Source of the DNA: Bacteroidota bacterium
Lineage (GTDB): Bacteria; Bacteroidota; Ignavibacteria; UBA10030
DNA: 64,000 nt
NCBI GenBank assembly: GCA_049522195.1
Contig: JBEKOB010000002.1
Span: 49,392 to 113,391, forward strand
Direction: 5' to 3'
Each line of letters begins with the position of its first letter. The stretch's first letter is position 1. This document shows positions 10,885-22,247 of the stretch, one piece after another. Position numbers and translations under genes: made by a program. The notes beneath the pieces were generated by a model. The model did not search any database, had not been told where the DNA came from, and was given only the letters and a program-made list of their open reading frames with translations.

Positions 10885-10913
10885 TTCGGACAATGTTTCA
10901 CGTGAAACGGTGT

Positions 10914-12326
10914 CTATTTTCCTATGCAGAATCTGGAAAAGATTGCATTCAGTATGTCTTCCGTGGTGACGGCTCCAACTACTTCCCCAATAGCATCTAG
11001 GGCACATCTGAGGTCTACAGCTATGAACTCTCCGCTTTTCCCAGAGACCGTTGATTCCAGGGCAAGCTCAAGGCTTGTTTTTGCCCTTTGGAGGATGGAG
11101 AAATGGCGGGCATTTGTTATCATCACGCCGCTTTCTCCCGTAGCAATCGAACCACCGATTGCCAGCCTCACAAGCGCCGACTCAAGTTGCCCGAAGCCCT
11201 GAAGTGTTTTTGCTGATATCTCCAATACCAGATGCTTCGAAAGGATTTCCACGAGGTCTTGGAATGTGTACCTAGGGCTTGGCGCGACGTCAATCTTGTT
11301 CATCACCACAAGACACGATGCCCCGCGAGCCTCAATGTCTGAAACCAGCCTCAGGGTAGACGCTGCTTCGCCGGGTTGAAGGGGTCTTGTGCAATCCAAC
11401 ATCAGGAGCAGTATATCGCAGCTCATTTGTCTCTCCTCGGCTCTCCTGACCCCCTCCCGCTCGATTGGATCGGCGGTCTCCCTCAATCCTGCTGTATCGG
11501 TAATGTTAAAGAGAAGTCCCTCGAGGGTAATGGCCTCCTCGATGATGTCGCGGGTCGTCCCCGGAATGCTTGTCACAATTGCGCGCTCTTCCCGCAGAAA
11601 GGCATTGAGAAGGCTCGACTTCCCAACGTTCGGCGCACCAGCCAACGCTACCTTCACGCCATCCCGGTAGATTTTTCCGACTTTGTAGCTGGAGAGAAGC
11701 TCGCCTATTTGTGAGATCGCTTGACTCAGCTGGTTGGCCACCCGCTTCTTTTCGGTGAACTCATATCCGTCTTCGGCAAAGTCCAGCTCGAGCTCTAAAA
11801 GGCCGATGCTCCCTATAAGCTGATCCCGGAGTCCGGACATCTTTTCTGAAAGTGCGCCATTGAGTTGAGACAGTGATGAGCGATGAGCCCGATCGGAGCG
11901 GGAGTGGATCAGGTCTGCAACTGCTTCGGCCTGCGTCAGGTCAATCCGGCCTTTAAGAAAAGCCCTTTTGGTGAATTCACCCGCCTCTGCGGCCCTGGCA
12001 CCATACCGAAGGATGGTCTCCAGAATTCGTCTCACCAGAAACTGGCCCCCATGGCAGCTTAGCTCGACAGTGTCTTCTCCTGTATATGAATGCGGATTCC
12101 TGAAGACTACGGCAACAATATTGTCGATTGAGACCCCTTTCTCGTCGACAAAGCGCCCATAGTGAGCCGTGTGGCTTGGGGCCTTGGCAAGAGCTTCCTT
12201 CCCCCGAAAGCCGAGGTCGGCAATGCGAAAAGCATTCTCTCCACTGATGCGGATTACAGAGATCCCCCCCTCTCCAATGGGGGTAGCGACTGCAGCAATT
12301 GTATCGGTTTCACGAGCCAGCGACAT
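10914..12326 (-). CDS. mnmE: tRNA modification GTPase
   Basis: 470 aa. The N-terminus [21 protein letters not shown], the G-domain motifs ([18 protein letters not shown]) and the C-terminal CIGK tetrapeptide are typical of MnmE/TrmE. Confidence 0.95.
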   Translation of the reverse strand: MSLARETDTIAAVATPIGEGGISVIRISGENAFRIADLGFRGKEALAKAPSHTAHYGRFVDEKGVSIDNIVAVVFRNPHSYTGEDTVELSCHGGQFLVRRILETILRYGARAAEAGEFTKRAFLKGRIDLTQAEAVADLIHSRSDRAHRSSLSQLNGALSEKMSGLRDQLIGSIGLLELELDFAEDGYEFTEKKRVANQLSQAISQIGELLSSYKVGKIYRDGVKVALAGAPNVGKSSLLNAFLREERAIVTSIPGTTRDIIEEAITLEGLLFNITDTAGLRETADPIEREGVRRAEERQMSCDILLLMLDCTRPLQPGEAASTLRLVSDIEARGASCLVVMNKIDVAPSPRYTFQDLVEILSKHLVLEISAKTLQGFGQLESALVRLAIGGSIATGESGVMITNARHFSILQRAKTSLELALESTVSGKSGEFIAVDLRCALDAIGEVVGAVTTEDILNAIFSRFCIGK

Positions 12327-12395
12327 ACTCTGTCTGAGAGTTGATGGAAGGGAAAAAGAATGTACAAAACCGCTGACCGACTTACAACCGCGCGT

Positions 12396-12436
12396 CCAGA
12401 AACAAAAAAGCCCCGGCGGATTTCCGACGGGGCTTC
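12396..12436 (-). terminator. Rho-independent terminator downstream of yidC (minus strand)
   Basis: An 8-bp stem aagccccg/cggggctt with a 12-nt loop. On the minus strand it is followed by TTTTTTGTTTCT. It lies between the yidC stop (12456) and the mnmE start (12326). Coordinates are approximate. Confidence 0.6.
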
Positions 12437-12455
12437 TGCGGTTCTTCTGCTCTGT

Positions 12456-14249
12456 TTACTTTTTCAGCCTGGGAAGATCCTTGCCGAGTTTAGCGAAAAT
12501 TCCACCCGCTTTTTTCTTTTTCGGTTCCACTTTCCTAAGAGGTTGATCATCAGCCTGGCGGTTGATCATCACCTGCTGCCCGATTGACAAGGCGTTGAAG
12601 ACAAAATAGTAGAGATTGAGTCCCGAGGGAAAACCGTTGAAGAGCAGCGTCATCATCACAGGCATCATCCAGACCATCGCTTTTTGCCGCGGATCTTTGA
12701 CTGTCTGCTTCTGCTGAATAAACATTGTGATACCCATCAGCAGGGCCAATCCACTGACATCATGGATACCGAAGAACGGTATTTCAAATGGAAGGGTGAA
12801 AATGCGATCCGGAATGGAGAGGTCGGTAATCCACCAGACGAAACTTCCCTGTCGCAATTCGATGGTTGCGCGGAAGACATTGTAGAGTGCAATCAAAATC
12901 GGAAACTGAAGCAAGACCGGCAGACACCCTCCCGCCGGGTTTACGCCGTACTCCTTGTACAAATTCAGAACCTGCTGGTTCATCTTCTGGGGATCGTCTT
13001 TATACTTTTCCTTGATCTCGTTCATCAGCGGCTGCAGGGCTTGCATCTTTTTCATCGAACGCATGCTGCTGCGCGTCAGAGGGTGCAAGACAATCTTGAT
13101 GATGATCGAGAAGACGATGATTACAAGACCCCAGTTGGGCACCAGGTAGTGAATAAAGCTCATTAGTGGCAACATCACGTATTCAGAAATTGGACGGATG
13201 AGCCAGGTCCAACCCAACCCGACAATTTTGTCCAGTCCCACCGAATACGATTTCAGCAAGCTAAGGTCTGCCGGACCGAAGAAAATTCTAAAGGAACCCC
13301 CCTCTTCCGCGCTACCCTTGAACGGCATTTTCACGGCAACGCTGTACGACTCGATGGCACCCTTGTCTGGTGCCTGCACCCGGGATCCTCCCAAGTAAGC
13401 TCCTTCGCTCGTTCCCTCTTTTGGGATGATCGCGAGGGCGAAATATTTCGTCCTCATGGCGACCCAGTCAACGGTTCCTGAAATGTTCTTCTCCGGACGG
13501 CTGTCAAAGCTCGTCGCGTCGACGTCGGTCAACTCTTTGCCGGCATATGCATATGCTGCCGAGAAACTCGACTCGTCCACGCTATTTGCTTCTGCGTATC
13601 GCAGCCCGCTTTCCCAAACAAGTTGATACTCAAAATTCGCCACTACATCGGGCGTCTTCTGAAACTTCACATCGACGCCGAGACCATATTCTCCGTTCTT
13701 GAATTTCAGCGTCTTGACGATCTGCCCGCCCCCGATAACCGGTAGCACCAGGTTCAGCGCGTATTCCTCTCCTGTGGCCACGATGTGTTGATCGAAGCCC
13801 TCGGCGGTTGCATCAAAGAATAGATCGTGTGTATTAATGAGTCGACCATCCGAGGTTGCGAACAACAAGCTCAGGTCGCCCCCTTTTTTGTAATCAACGA
13901 GCTGCACGGGATAGCCATCCCACGTCTTATATTTCTTCAGCTCCCATCGCTTGATCAATCCGCCCTTCAGGGAAATCTCTGCGATGTATAAGTCGGTCTC
14001 GATCGTAATAATCCGCTCAACGCCCTTATCCCGTCCCGCGAAGAACTTGCCAAGCGGATCAGCCTGAATGGTTTCCTTGGGTTGAACGCGCAGCGTATCG
14101 GCTCGTTTTGAAGAATCCTGGGGGATGGCTTGTGTTGCAACGGCCTTCGGCCCTTGAGACTGCGGCGTTTGCTTGGGGGAGTTCATCCACATCCAGACAA
14201 CTAGCAGGATGAAGATGAGAATGTAACCGAGTATTGATTGACGATCCAT
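12456..14249 (-). CDS. yidC: Membrane protein insertase YidC
   Basis: 597 aa. An N-terminal TM segment is followed by a large periplasmic domain and the conserved C-terminal 5-TM core (...PLMSFIHYLVPNWGLVIIVFSIIIK..., ...YKEYGVNPAGGCLPVLLQFPILIALY...). Confidence 0.9.
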   Translation of the reverse strand: MDRQSILGYILIFILLVVWMWMNSPKQTPQSQGPKAVATQAIPQDSSKRADTLRVQPKETIQADPLGKFFAGRDKGVERIITIETDLYIAEISLKGGLIKRWELKKYKTWDGYPVQLVDYKKGGDLSLLFATSDGRLINTHDLFFDATAEGFDQHIVATGEEYALNLVLPVIGGGQIVKTLKFKNGEYGLGVDVKFQKTPDVVANFEYQLVWESGLRYAEANSVDESSFSAAYAYAGKELTDVDATSFDSRPEKNISGTVDWVAMRTKYFALAIIPKEGTSEGAYLGGSRVQAPDKGAIESYSVAVKMPFKGSAEEGGSFRIFFGPADLSLLKSYSVGLDKIVGLGWTWLIRPISEYVMLPLMSFIHYLVPNWGLVIIVFSIIIKIVLHPLTRSSMRSMKKMQALQPLMNEIKEKYKDDPQKMNQQVLNLYKEYGVNPAGGCLPVLLQFPILIALYNVFRATIELRQGSFVWWITDLSIPDRIFTLPFEIPFFGIHDVSGLALLMGITMFIQQKQTVKDPRQKAMVWMMPVMMTLLFNGFPSGLNLYYFVFNALSIGQQVMINRQADDQPLRKVEPKKKKAGGIFAKLGKDLPRLKK

Positions 14250-14273
14250 TGAATATCCCTACAACAAAATGGA

Positions 14274-14489
14274 TTACGGCACCGGGTCGAAGCCCGCGTG
14301 TTTATGAAACGGATGACACTTTGCAATCCGTTTGAGAGCATACCACCCTCCCTTGCGAGCGCCATGTTTCCCAATGGCTTCTTCGGCGTACTGAGAACAG
14401 GAGGGGTAGAAGCGACAGTTGTTAAACGGAAGAAGCGGTGAGACAAGCAGCTGGTAAACTCGAATGAAGAAAATGAGCAGGCGTCTCAT
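14274..14489 (-). CDS. yidD: Membrane protein insertion efficiency factor YidD
   Basis: 71 aa. [39 protein letters not shown] is the canonical YidD (DUF37) motif. Confidence 0.9.
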   Translation of the reverse strand: MRRLLIFFIRVYQLLVSPLLPFNNCRFYPSCSQYAEEAIGKHGARKGGWYALKRIAKCHPFHKHAGFDPVP

Positions 14490-14893
14490 GGTTTGTCAGA
14501 AAGGTGTTGGTGCAATTCCTTCAGGAGAGTAATCATTGCCTGATCAATTGCGGCGCGAGATCCGGGTGAGCGCGGTAGCCGTTCGCGAACGCGAGCCATG
14601 AACACAATATCAAGCGGTTCCAAGCTCACTCTCGACACACCGCCGAGGAGATGCTTATTCCTCCGGTAAGTTTCTTTCATCCACCGCCGAGCGCGGTTGC
14701 GATCCACGGCATTTCGCACGCTCCGGCTGACAGAAAATCCAACCCGCAACGTCCCCGTGCGCCCGGGTGTTGTTGCAAAGAAACAACGGACAGGGCCTTT
14801 TTGAAGAGACCGTCCCTCCGTAATAACGCGTGAAAATGTTTGATACCCTCGGAGGATCTCTTGTTTCTTTAACGATAGCCGGGGTGGTTTCAC
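14486..14893 (-). CDS. rnpA: Ribonuclease P protein component
   Basis: 135 aa, basic. It is positioned between rpmH and yidD as in the classical rpmH-rnpA-yidD-yidC arrangement. [20 protein letters not shown] is the RnpA RNR-like motif. A 4-nt overlap with yidD. Confidence 0.85.
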   Translation of the reverse strand: MKPPRLSLKKQEILRGYQTFSRVITEGRSLQKGPVRCFFATTPGRTGTLRVGFSVSRSVRNAVDRNRARRWMKETYRRNKHLLGGVSRVSLEPLDIVFMARVRERLPRSPGSRAAIDQAMITLLKELHQHLSDKP

Positions 14894-14908
14894 TGCTTTC
14901 CGTAGAGC

Positions 14909-15055
14909 TTACTTCTCGTCGCTTACGGTGAGCCGGCGGCGCCCCTTCGACCTGCGACGGGACAGCACTTTTCTCCCGTTTTTCGAGGCCATGCGCGCTC
15001 TGAATCCATGCTTGTTTGTCCGTTTGCGCCGATGTGGCTGGTAGGTTCGTTTCAC
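14909..15055 (-). CDS. rpmH: 50S ribosomal protein L34
   Basis: This ORF is not in the supplied track (it is below the size cutoff). I translated it by hand from the minus strand as [49 protein letters not shown]: 48 aa with a GTG start and GGAG 8 nt upstream. Coordinates are +/- a few nt. Confidence 0.8.
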   Translation of the reverse strand: MKRTYQPHRRKRTNKHGFRARMASKNGRKVLSRRRSKGRRRLTVSDEK

Positions 15056-15550
15056 GTCGATACTCCGCGAGATTTCGTTGAACTATTACAAAGCTTTGTA
15101 ATGTAAGACTTTCTTGCCCGCAATACAAGCATTTCCGCTTTCGTAAGAGTGCGTTCGTACAAGAGACGTTTTTCTTAGCTGATTTACCGAGCACAATCAG
15201 ACGATTTAACGAATTGTAATTTTTGCCCTTGCTCTCGAGGTTCTCTGGTATTATACTCTGTGGAAGACTTTCTTCGCTCCGTCCCGTTGACAACATGTGG
15301 ACAACTTCGGGAAGTCCTCAAGGTGTTGTTTTTCACGACGAAACAGCTCTTCTCTGTTTTTCTACAGCCCTGTTGATAACCATGTTCTTAACAATGAAAT
15401 CACCCTTGGTTTGAATGGGTTGTGGGCTTTGCATAATGTTTACAAGTCAAAAAAAACGATAAAATCAAAAAACTCGGGTCTTCACCCTCGTTGATTGTTT
15501 TGTTTGTTGTTTGTTAATAACTCTCGCACTTTCCTGCAGATGTCGCCATC
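15056..15550. promoter_or_regulatory. Divergent rpmH / dnaA promoter region with DnaA-box-like motifs (candidate oriC segment 1)
   Basis: TGTGGACAA (one mismatch from the TTATCCACA complement) near 15296. TGTTGATAA (one mismatch from TGTGGATAA) near 15372. A/T run aaaaaaaacgataaaatcaaaaaa near 15440-15470. Confidence 0.5.
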
Positions 15551-17038
15551 ATGGTTTCCCAGAATCCGATTGATACGTTCCAAGTCCAACCCGACGCACT
15601 GAAATCCGCAGATGAACTGTTGCCCGTGTGGGAGCGCTGTCTGGCAAAGATACAGGGGCGGGTTACAAGCCTTGGCTTCAAAACATGGTTTCAGCCGATC
15701 GTGCCGATCAAGTTGGCCGATAAAGAACTGACTGTTCAGGTGCCAAGCCAGTTTTTCTACGATTGGGTTGATCAACATTACAACTCGCTCATCCGTGAAA
15801 CGATCGCCGCTGTGCTTGGGGACGGGGCTAAGCTCTATTACTCGATTGCATCCGAAGATGGCGAACCGCAGGCAGGCCCTCAGCGGGTTGAAGTCCAACC
15901 CCCGCAATCGCCAACTACCGCGCGAGACGCTCAGTCTTCGCTTTCGCAGCCCCAGCTTTTTTTCCCGCCCCGGGCAGCATTCCGCCAGACCGAGCAGCCG
16001 ATAGCCCAAAGCAATCTCAACCCCCGATATACTTTTGAGAATTTCATCAAAGGGGACAGCAACCAACTTGCCCGCGCAGCAGCACTAGCTGTTGGTAACA
16101 ACCCGGGCGGGACTTCGTTCAACCCTCTGGTGATCTACGGCGGTACCGGTCTCGGAAAGACCCACCTTATGCATGCCCTTGGCAACCACGCCATAGGCCT
16201 GGGCAAGGCAAAGAGGGTTGTCTATGTTTCAAGCGAAAAGTTTACAATTGAATTCGTCGAGGCGATACAATCGGATCGGGTGAATGAGTTTTCCTACTTC
16301 TACCGCAGTGTTGATCTCCTCATCGTCGATGACATTCAGTTCTTCTCCGGCAAGGAGAAGACACAGGATAATTTTTTCCACACCTTCAACACCCTCTATC
16401 AGCTGGGGAAACAGATCGTTCTCTCCTCTGACGTACCTCCAAAGGAATTAAAGGGCCTTGACGAAAGGCTCATTTCTCGATTTCAGTCCGGACTGACGGC
16501 CGATATCCAACCCCCAGATCTGGAGACAAGAATTGCCATTCTGCGCAAGAAGAGTGAAGACAATAGCTTTGAATTAGGGCAGGATGTCGTGGATTTCATA
16601 GCTTCAAACGTCACAAGCAACATCCGTGAACTAGAGGGGTGTCTCATTAGCCTCATTGCCAGGGCTTCGCTCGACAACCGCGAGATTAATGTTGACCTTG
16701 CCAGAGAAGTTTTGAGAATGGTTGTGAACGAATCAAAATCCCCTATAAACATTGATCTAATTCAACGTACCGTCTGCGAGTTTTTTGATATCCCCGAAGA
16801 TTTGCTGCGGGCAAAGACCCGAAAACAAGAGGTTGTCAACGCCCGGCAGGTGGCAATGTATCTATCGAAAGAACTGACAAATTCTTCCCTCAAGACTATC
16901 GGCCTTCATTTCGGGGGAAGAGATCACAGCACGGTAATTCATTCTTGTCAGACTGTTCAGGACCGTCTTAGGAGCGATTCCGCTTTCAAGCAGAACGTCG
17001 ACCAATTGCGCCGACGCATTGACTTGTCCGGTCGTTAA
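15551..17038 (+). CDS. dnaA: Chromosomal replication initiator protein
   Basis: 495 aa. AAA+ Walker A GGTGLGKTHL, domain IV ...ARQVAMYLSKELTNSSLKTIGLHFGGRDHSTVIHSCQTV. A Q/P-rich variable domain II is present. Confidence 0.97.
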   Translation: MVSQNPIDTFQVQPDALKSADELLPVWERCLAKIQGRVTSLGFKTWFQPIVPIKLADKELTVQVPSQFFYDWVDQHYNSLIRETIAAVLGDGAKLYYSIASEDGEPQAGPQRVEVQPPQSPTTARDAQSSLSQPQLFFPPRAAFRQTEQPIAQSNLNPRYTFENFIKGDSNQLARAAALAVGNNPGGTSFNPLVIYGGTGLGKTHLMHALGNHAIGLGKAKRVVYVSSEKFTIEFVEAIQSDRVNEFSYFYRSVDLLIVDDIQFFSGKEKTQDNFFHTFNTLYQLGKQIVLSSDVPPKELKGLDERLISRFQSGLTADIQPPDLETRIAILRKKSEDNSFELGQDVVDFIASNVTSNIRELEGCLISLIARASLDNREINVDLAREVLRMVVNESKSPINIDLIQRTVCEFFDIPEDLLRAKTRKQEVVNARQVAMYLSKELTNSSLKTIGLHFGGRDHSTVIHSCQTVQDRLRSDSAFKQNVDQLRRRIDLSGR

Positions 17039-17486
17039 CTCTCCATCGGTATCCCGCAAATAGACGTTCATGTCCCCCCGGGGGTGTGGTCTGCCTTCTT
17101 GGCCGCACAGCCTTTGTTTATATCTCAACATATAACGCGTGGATAGATGTTCATGAACTGTTTACTCTCTGGATTATTTTCAGAGTTTTAGTCTTACTTC
17201 CCGAGACGGTGGAAACCCAGTATAGACGTCAACATATTACCAACACTTTTGAGCAGCCCTTTTACAAATAATGTTCCTGTCTTCAATCCTCTTTTTCTAT
17301 TTATCACTTTCTTATTAACACTATCAACACCCTTATTATAAGTATTATCTTTTTCTTTCTTAATATTATATTTATATAAGGTAACAACTTACCAAAACTC
17401 CATTCTCGGGTTGTAAATGCCCTAATTTTTTGGTATTTTGCAGTATCAATGCCCAATTGCCCATCTCGCCAAAGAAGGAGATAGGA
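17039..17486. promoter_or_regulatory. dnaA-dnaN intergenic region with a strongly AT-rich tract (candidate oriC DNA-unwinding element, segment 2)
   Basis: A ~130-nt stretch near 17270-17400 is about 75% AT in a 55-58% GC genome. Degenerate DnaA-box-like 9-mers are present (cGTGGATAg, TTTATCACt, CTATCAACA). AAGGAG sits in front of the dnaN ATG. Confidence 0.5.
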
Positions 17487-18602
17487 ATGAAATTCACAGT
17501 CTCAAGCAATGAATTACAAAAGGCACTGGCGAAAGTCAGCGGTGTCGTTCCATCCAAGTCGACTCTCCCTATTCTTGAAAATATACTTTTCAAGCTTTCC
17601 AAAAACGTGCTTCAACTTGCAGCCACAGACCTTGAAGTATCGATGTCTGCTTCCCTGGACGTCAAAGGAAATGAAGATGGATCGATTGCAGTACCGGCTA
17701 AGAGATTGATGGAGACCATCCGGGCATTACCGGATATTCAGTTGGTATTCAATGCAGATATGTCATCCAACAAGGTCAAGATGATAACCGAGATGGGTGA
17801 ATATATTCTGATGGGAGAATCGAGTGAGGAATTTCCAACAATTCCGCAGGTGAAAGGGGACGACAGAATCACGCTGAGCGGTGAAATGTTGAAGAGCATG
17901 ATACATCGCACTCTGTTTGCGGTGAGCACGGACGAACTAAGACCCGCTATGACCGGAGTCCTTTTACAGGTAAAGGATGGGGATCTCCGTGCCGTGTCAA
18001 CAGACGGGCACCGGCTCGTGCGCATCCAATATACCGGACTGAAGCAGCCAAAGTTGAAATGGGATATCATCGTTCCGGCAAAAGCCCTCAATCTTGTGTC
18101 GCGGTCCGTTGACAGCGAGACGAACACAGTCTCCGTTGACGCTACCCATGTCCAGTTTACTTTCGGCACAACGACATTGACTTCGCGCGTCATAGAGGAA
18201 AGTTATCCGAACTACGAGTCTGTTATTCCCCTCGACAACGATAAGAAGCTCGTCGTAGCAAGAGATTTGCTCCTTGCAGCGGTTCGACGTGTGGCACTCT
18301 ATTCAAGTTCAACGACACACCAGGTCCGCTGCTCGGTTCGCAAAAACGAATTGCGTGTCATGGCTGAGGACATTGATTTCGGCGGGGAAGCAAAGGAAAA
18401 AGTACCCTGTGACTACAATGGAGAGGAGTTGGAAATCGGTTTCAACTCGACGTATCTGATTGATATCCTTTCACACCTCGACGGCGAAGAAGCAGAGTTC
18501 AAGCTGGGCACATCCGTTCGGGCGGCAATCATTACGCCGGCACATCAGAAACCGAACGAAGATCTACTCATGCTCGTCATGCCCATGCGACTGAATACAT
18601 AA
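17487..18602 (+). CDS. dnaN: DNA polymerase III beta sliding clamp
   Basis: The N-terminus MKFTVSSNELQKALAKVSGVVPSKSTLPILENILF is preceded by AAGGAG. The ORF-track start (17430) is 19 codons upstream. Three-domain beta-clamp length (372 aa). Confidence 0.95.
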   Translation: MKFTVSSNELQKALAKVSGVVPSKSTLPILENILFKLSKNVLQLAATDLEVSMSASLDVKGNEDGSIAVPAKRLMETIRALPDIQLVFNADMSSNKVKMITEMGEYILMGESSEEFPTIPQVKGDDRITLSGEMLKSMIHRTLFAVSTDELRPAMTGVLLQVKDGDLRAVSTDGHRLVRIQYTGLKQPKLKWDIIVPAKALNLVSRSVDSETNTVSVDATHVQFTFGTTTLTSRVIEESYPNYESVIPLDNDKKLVVARDLLLAAVRRVALYSSSTTHQVRCSVRKNELRVMAEDIDFGGEAKEKVPCDYNGEELEIGFNSTYLIDILSHLDGEEAEFKLGTSVRAAIITPAHQKPNEDLLMLVMPMRLNT

Positions 18603-18693
18603 CAGCATGCTGTTGGGCGAGAGAATTTGTGAAGGTAGCCCCATCTCGCGAGCCGGGAGCGGGGCTATCGCATTGTAAGCGCCATCAGGGAAT

Positions 18694-19816
18694 GTGAAGA
18701 TCCGCGAACTCCACGTACAGAAATTCCGCAACCACGCTCATACCGACGCTGTCTTCGGAGGGGGGATTAATGCGGTTCTTGGCGAGAACGGCGAGGGCAA
18801 GACCAATCTCCTGGAAGCGATCTCGTATCTCTGTCTGACGAAGAGTTTTTTCGGCAGCGCGGATGGCATTGTTCTTCAGGTTGGAGAGCCGAGGTTTGAA
18901 GTCAGCGGCGATCTGGAAACAGATTCGGGACTGCGGTATCATGTGTCGGTCTCGTATGATCATGAAGCCGGGCATAAAGACTTCCTGATCAACAGAGCGC
19001 CGGTCGAAAAGTTTTCGGAGGTGGTCGGGCAGTTTCCGGTGGTAGTCTTGTCTCCGGAGTCAGGGGCCATCACGAGTGGTGGACCGGCAGATCGGAGGCG
19101 ATTTCTCGACTTCGTGATAGCGCAGGCAAGCAAGATGTATCTCGAAGACCTCCTCGAATACAGGCGGGTCTTGAGGCAGCGAAACCGGGTGTTGTTTGAC
19201 AACAAGGTTGGCCGGGTAGAGTACCCGGATCTGATTGAGCCGTGGGATCAGGAACTGATTGAGCGGGGTGCCCGGATCATACACCGGCGAAACGCATTTC
19301 TCAGGGAATTGCAGCCCATCGTTCACGAGTCATATGCCAAGATTGCAGGAAGAGCAGAGGAGCCGACGCTGCAGTACCTTCCATCAGTACCGCATGCCGA
19401 GCGGGCATCCGAGGAAGAAGTACGGGAGATCTTTCGACAGGAGTTGAAGCGGAAGGCGCCAGAGGAAAAGCGGTTAGGGTTGACCCTGGTTGGGCCGCAC
19501 CGCGACGAACTTGAGCTTGCGATCAACAAACTGAGCGTTCGCTCGCATGCATCGCAAGGCCAGCACAAAACGTTTCTGATAGCCCTGAAGGTGGCGGAGT
19601 TTCTCTACCTCCAGAACAAGCGCAACGAGCGGCCGATACTTCTGCTGGACGATATCTTTACAGAGCTTGATCATCACAGATCGGAGAGGCTCCTGGCGAT
19701 GACCGAAGCGGTCGGCCAGGCGTTCATCACAACGACGAACGACAGCGTTTTTCCTCCAGATTTCAACTGGAGCGGAACAAACAAGCGATTCTTTGTGCGC
19801 AAAGGAACGGTCGAGC

Positions 19817-19845
<29 letters not shown>
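18694..19845 (+). CDS. recF: DNA replication and repair protein RecF
   Basis: 383 aa with a GTG start. Walker A GENGEGKTNLLEAISYL, the ABC-like signature, and the Walker B LLLDDIFTELD. Confidence 0.93.
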
Positions 19846-22200
<2,355 letters not shown>

Positions 22201-22247
22201 AGTAACACAGATCGTAGAAACTCTATCAGCTCTCAGCGGAAATACGA

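Noticed and set aside
14655-15296. 213-aa minus-strand ORF spanning rnpA, rpmH and the dnaA upstream region
   Set aside because: Out of frame with the well-supported rnpA and rpmH genes and crossing the intergenic origin region, so spurious.
18603-18693. Perfect 10-nt palindrome cagcatgctg and a 7-bp stem (tagcccc...ggggcta) right after dnaN
   Set aside because: No U-run follows either one. They may contribute to a weak or Rho-dependent stop, but they are not a supportable intrinsic terminator.
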